Both the position numbers and the translations under genes were made by a program. From the human T2T-CHM13v2.0 reference genome, Homo sapiens: 64,000 nt of DNA. A model generated the notes under the pieces. That model was given only the letters and a program-made list of their open reading frames with translations, searched no databases and was not told the DNA's origin. Every line of letters begins with the position of its first letter. Position 1 is the first letter of the stretch. Shown here one piece after another: positions 60,445 through 64,000 of this stretch. The stretch lies in assembly GCF_009914755.1 (NCBI RefSeq), contig NC_060930.1. One strand, 5' to 3'.

Positions 60445-60671
60445 AACTCATGAATAATCCACCCCTTGTTTAGCAAATAATCAAGAAATAACCGTAAAAA
60501 TAACCACCAGCCCTAGGGGCTGCTCTGCCTTTGGCGTAACCATTCTTTATTCCTTTACTTTCTTAATAAACTCGCTTTCACTTTACTCAATGGATTTACC
60601 TCGAATTCTTTTTTGCACGAGATCCAAGAACCCTCTCTTGGGGTCTGGATCAGGACCCCTTTCCGGTAACA

Positions 60672-61190
60672 CTGGGGCCCAATGCAGCCACTGCCCCTGC
60701 CCAGGACTGCCGGGTGCTGGCTTGCTGTATACAGCAGCTGCCACGGCCTCTGACAGCTCAGGAAGACTTGCAGGAGGGCCTGGGGGGCGTCCGCCTGTCA
60801 GGCGGTCGTCTGTGCCTACAGCTGAGGGTTTCAGGGCTGGGGATCCACCTCCTCGCTTGTGGAACCTTCTTCCCTCTGTGTGCACTGCAGGCCTGACAAC
60901 TCCCTCTCCTTTCTTTCAGTTCTCCATGCACTTGAGGCCTGGGTCCCTCAGGACTCCAAGAAGAAAGTGTGGGGCTGCCTGCCCATCTAGTTCCCCTCTC
61001 CTCAATTTGTCCCACTTCATGGCTGTGTGACCTTGGGGAAAGGTAGAGCCCTCTCTGGGCAGTCAGATCCACCCAGTTCTTAAGAATAGCATGGAAGAAG
61101 CTGTTTCAAAGACTGCTCCTGAGGACAAGGGAGGGCAGGGCTGTTAACTTTTTATATACTTATATAAAATTAATAGTGAAGTATAATAAA
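60672..61190 (+). pseudogene. CRB3: CRB3 retrocopy 3' UTR, including the alternative CLPI-isoform terminal exon
   Basis: Resumes ctggggcc after the TSD; ctttctttcag acceptor at 60910-60920, then ggctgcctgcccatctag (GCLPI*) ending 60990. Confidence 0.85.
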
Positions 61191-61461
61191 GTTTGCTTGT
61201 TTTGAGCTGTTGGAGGCATTAGCCAAGACGGAAGACACAAATGCAGAGGAACTGCAAGGTTGTAAGGATCCTAGGGTATTGGGGGGCTTCCTGGAACTCC
61301 CTTCTAGAATCCAGTTAAAGAGGCTGCCCTTGGAGGGTGAGAGGTGGGTAGGTTGTGTTCCCCTCCAGAGAGAGGGCCTTAGAGAAATTCACCAGGAAAA
61401 ACCAGCTTCTGGCTCTTGTGGCTTTATTGAAGGACAGGAGTCTCCTCCCGACCCTTGATCC

Positions 61462-63019
61462 TTAACCGTCAAAGCACTTAAGATCAGCCACTCTGGGCTG
61501 GCTCCTGGCCTGGGGCTCCTGCTGGTTGCTGGTGGGTGATGGAATTCAGGCCTCCCAATTCTTCCAGTGACTGGAGGTGAGTGTGCTCTGCTAGCAGGAC
61601 TTTGCGAGGCTGGGCTCTGGGATTCTCTGGAGAACTAGGGTCTGGGGAAGGATCAAGAGGCTGGACTATCTGGACAATATCAAAGTTGGACTTTGTGGGG
61701 GCTGGAATTTGGGGGCTTTCTGGAGGGCTGGGCTGGGTGGGCACTGTGGAGAGCCTGGAACTGGGGCTTTCCTGGGCTCTAGAATGTTTGGCTGCCTTGT
61801 AGGGAGGGGAAAGATAAAGGATTAGGGACTCTGTGAGAGGAGAGTGTTCGGGGTCCCCTCCGCTACTTGGGTCTGCAGGAGCTGTTGAGGACTGAAATGG
61901 AGAGATGACTTCTTGGTTAGCCTCTAGGACAGCTAGGACTTGAGATTCCTTGAGAAGCTTGTAGCATCCACAGATGAGGCATTTTGCAGAGACGGCAGGT
62001 CTGCAGGCAGGGACAGGGGCTGAAGCTCTGGCAGTTTCTCATTGTCTGGTTGCTATCTTGCTCTTCCTGGTATGTTGGGCTGGGTAGGGTGGAGAGACGG
62101 GCAAGTTGCTGGCCTTTAGATGGCAAAGGGGTTGGCAAGTTGGATGGACCATTAGGGTAAAACTTGGGGAAGAGGCAGGGTTTCCACCAGGATGAATCAG
62201 CTGTCTAGGTCCCCTCTGTGACAGCAGTTTAAATTCTGGCCTGGTCTCAGGCTGCCTGCACTCTTGGCTCCAACACTCAGACTGTCCAGAATCTCACTCA
62301 ACAAATCCAGTTATTCTCTAGACCTCAAGATGCTGCTGCCTATAGCTTCTTTTGCCATAGGCTCCCCTCATCCTTAGGGCTCAGAGGAGGTGTTCTAGAT
62401 GAGGATGGGCAGCCTCAGGTATTTGCCTGAGAGCCCCAGCCCTAGTCAGGCTGCTCTGGAGTTTGGGTACCCTTCTCCGCATCAGTTGTGGCCTCCTGCT
62501 TTCAATATTGGTGCTCCCCTTTAGCTTTACCCCTCCCTTGGGGGCTTAGAAGTTTTCTCTTCCAGCTGGAGTCTCTTGCTGGGGTGGAGGGGCTGGTTCT
62601 GCAAAGGGTGGGAAAGACAGGACCTTGGGAGCTTCAGAATCAGGGGGCTGAGGCTTGTTGGAAGAGGGTGAGTGTGAAGTGGGTGCCAAATATTAGGGTA
62701 AGTGAGGAGAGAGGCAAGATGTCTGGATGGGGACTGGGGTGGGTGGAGGATTCAGTGATAATACCAAGCATGTGTATGGGGGAAGGGGTGTTCTCACCTG
62801 TTCAAAGTGCTGAGTGATAGGCAGGTGCTGCTGCAGGTGATCTGAGTGGCTGGTGAGGGCTAGACCCTCAAGGAGCACCTCCTCTGGAGGCCAGAATCCC
62901 CATCCAAGGAAGAGAATGCCTGAGCTGGGAGCCCCTCCCACACCCCCCAGATATTAGCCTTTGGCTGGTCTTACCTTATAGATTAGCAGGCTCTGCATCC
63001 CCCTCAAGCTACACTTGGC
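61462..63019 (-). pseudogene. DENND1C: Degenerate copy of the last five DENND1C exons with introns retained
   Basis: Exons 62975-63019 (AKCSLRGMQSLLIYK), 62798-62904 (DGDSGLQR..SDHLQQHLPITQHF), 62531-62598 (NQPLHPSKRLQLEE), 62188-62394 ([23 protein letters not shown]), 61462-62079 ([28 protein letters not shown]); GT-AG introns, one acceptor decayed to TG; internal stops. Confidence 0.9.
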
Positions 63020-63502
63020 CTATAGAAGCACTACGGGAGAATTACACCTGAGGCTGATTGGACCCTGGGCATTTCAGAGCTCAATCCTCTTATCTCATAA
63101 GACAGCTTCATCTTGCTATCTGTCCAGCTCTGTGTCTTAAATATGTTCACAACCCCCCATGCACCATCTAAGAAATCAATACAAACTTTCACTCCTTTGG
63201 CTAATACAAAGGGAGTATTCCAGGAGGAAATAATCACCAAATAAAATGAAAAGTGGCAAAACAACGTTGTACAAGTGTTCATGGCTCAAAGCCATAAAGT
63301 ATAAAATTACGTGAACAATTTTGAGCTGCAAAAGTTGGCTCCAGGAAACTTGTCGGCTTGGGAGAAAAAAAAAAAAAAACACATAAGGGCAAAAGCTGGG
63401 ATTATATGGTCCAAGGACAAAGGATGCTTGCCAGTGAATCTTGGTTGTCAATTTTAAAGAAGCGGGCTATGATTTTGACAAAAAGGAGCATGATGAATGG
63501 AA

Positions 63503-63539
63503 AATAAAAGTGGGAAGACTTGTTAATAGAAAAAAAAAA
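63503..63539 (+). terminator. Polyadenylation signal AATAAA and remnant poly(A) of the retrocopy
   Basis: AATAAA at 63503-63508; A-run starts 63530, followed by gattat of the TSD. Confidence 0.75.
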
Positions 63540-63546
63540 GATTATG

Positions 63547-63870
63547 GGCCAGGTGTGGTGGCTCACACCTGTAATCCCAGCACTTTGGGAGGCCAAGGAG
63601 GCTGGATCACTTGAGGTCAGAAGTTTTTGAGACCAACCTGGCCAACATGGTGAAACCCCATCTCTACTAAAAATGCAAAAATCAGCTGGATGTGGTGGCA
63701 CGCCTGTAATTACACCTGTAATTACACCTATAATCCCAGCTACTCGGGAAGCTGAGGCACAAGAATCACTTTAACCTGGGAGGCAGAGGTTGCAATGAGA
63801 CAAGATCATGCCACTGCACTCCAGCCTGGGCAACAATGTAAAACTGTGTCTCAAGAAAAAAAGAAAAAAA
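63547..63870 (+). mobile_element. Alu inserted at the retrocopy tail/TSD
   Basis: aaaaagattat on both sides; internal 12-bp tandem cctgtaattaca at about 63703-63726. Confidence 0.93.
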
Positions 63871-64000
63871 AGATTATAATGAAGCTGAAAAAATTTTATT
63901 GCCTAGTGATATCATAGCTGTCATAATGTTGCAAGGCAACACATTACTCGCATGTTTGTAGGGATACTGGTGTGAACAAACCTACTGCACTGCCAGTCAT
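63870..64000 (+). mobile_element. Tigger3a/MER7-like, continuation
   Basis: aagattataatgaagctgaaaaa..gcctagtgat..aaacctactgcactgccagtc continues the recalled consensus from 58021. Confidence 0.85.

Noticed and set aside
60590-61030. 146-aa ORF spanning the MER41B end and CRB3 UTR
   Set aside because: GC-rich chance ORF across an LTR/UTR junction with no recognisable domain
61462-63019. Functional DENND1C paralog
   Set aside because: Only the last five exons, with in-frame stops, frameshifts and a decayed acceptor; no DENN domain exons

Overview
Primate (probably human or ape) repeat-dominated genomic DNA: Alu, L1, MaLR/ERV LTRs and DNA-transposon fossils. No intact host protein-coding gene is supported. 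The main discovery is at 58022-63539: an L1-mediated retrocopy of a CRB3 transcript. It is spliced across the CRB3 coding exons but reads through the CRB3 3' end into the last five exons of the convergent gene DENND1C, in antisense and with introns retained. It ends at AATAAA plus an A-tail and is flanked by a target-site duplication (TSD) inside a split Tigger3a. This looks like a fossil of a CRB3 read-through RNA antisense to DENND1C, later invaded by MER41B, a second ERV1 LTR and Alus. Other notable structures: a head-to-head pair of L1PA elements sharing identical tracts and private mutations (gene conversion), an open L1 ORF0, an Alu with an apparent 3' transduction, a template-switch direct-plus-inverted duplication inside a MER21-type LTR, and a possible old inversion splitting an L1M. 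Repeat and gene identities come from recalled consensus and protein sequences, not from searches. Subfamily names and some boundaries are approximate.
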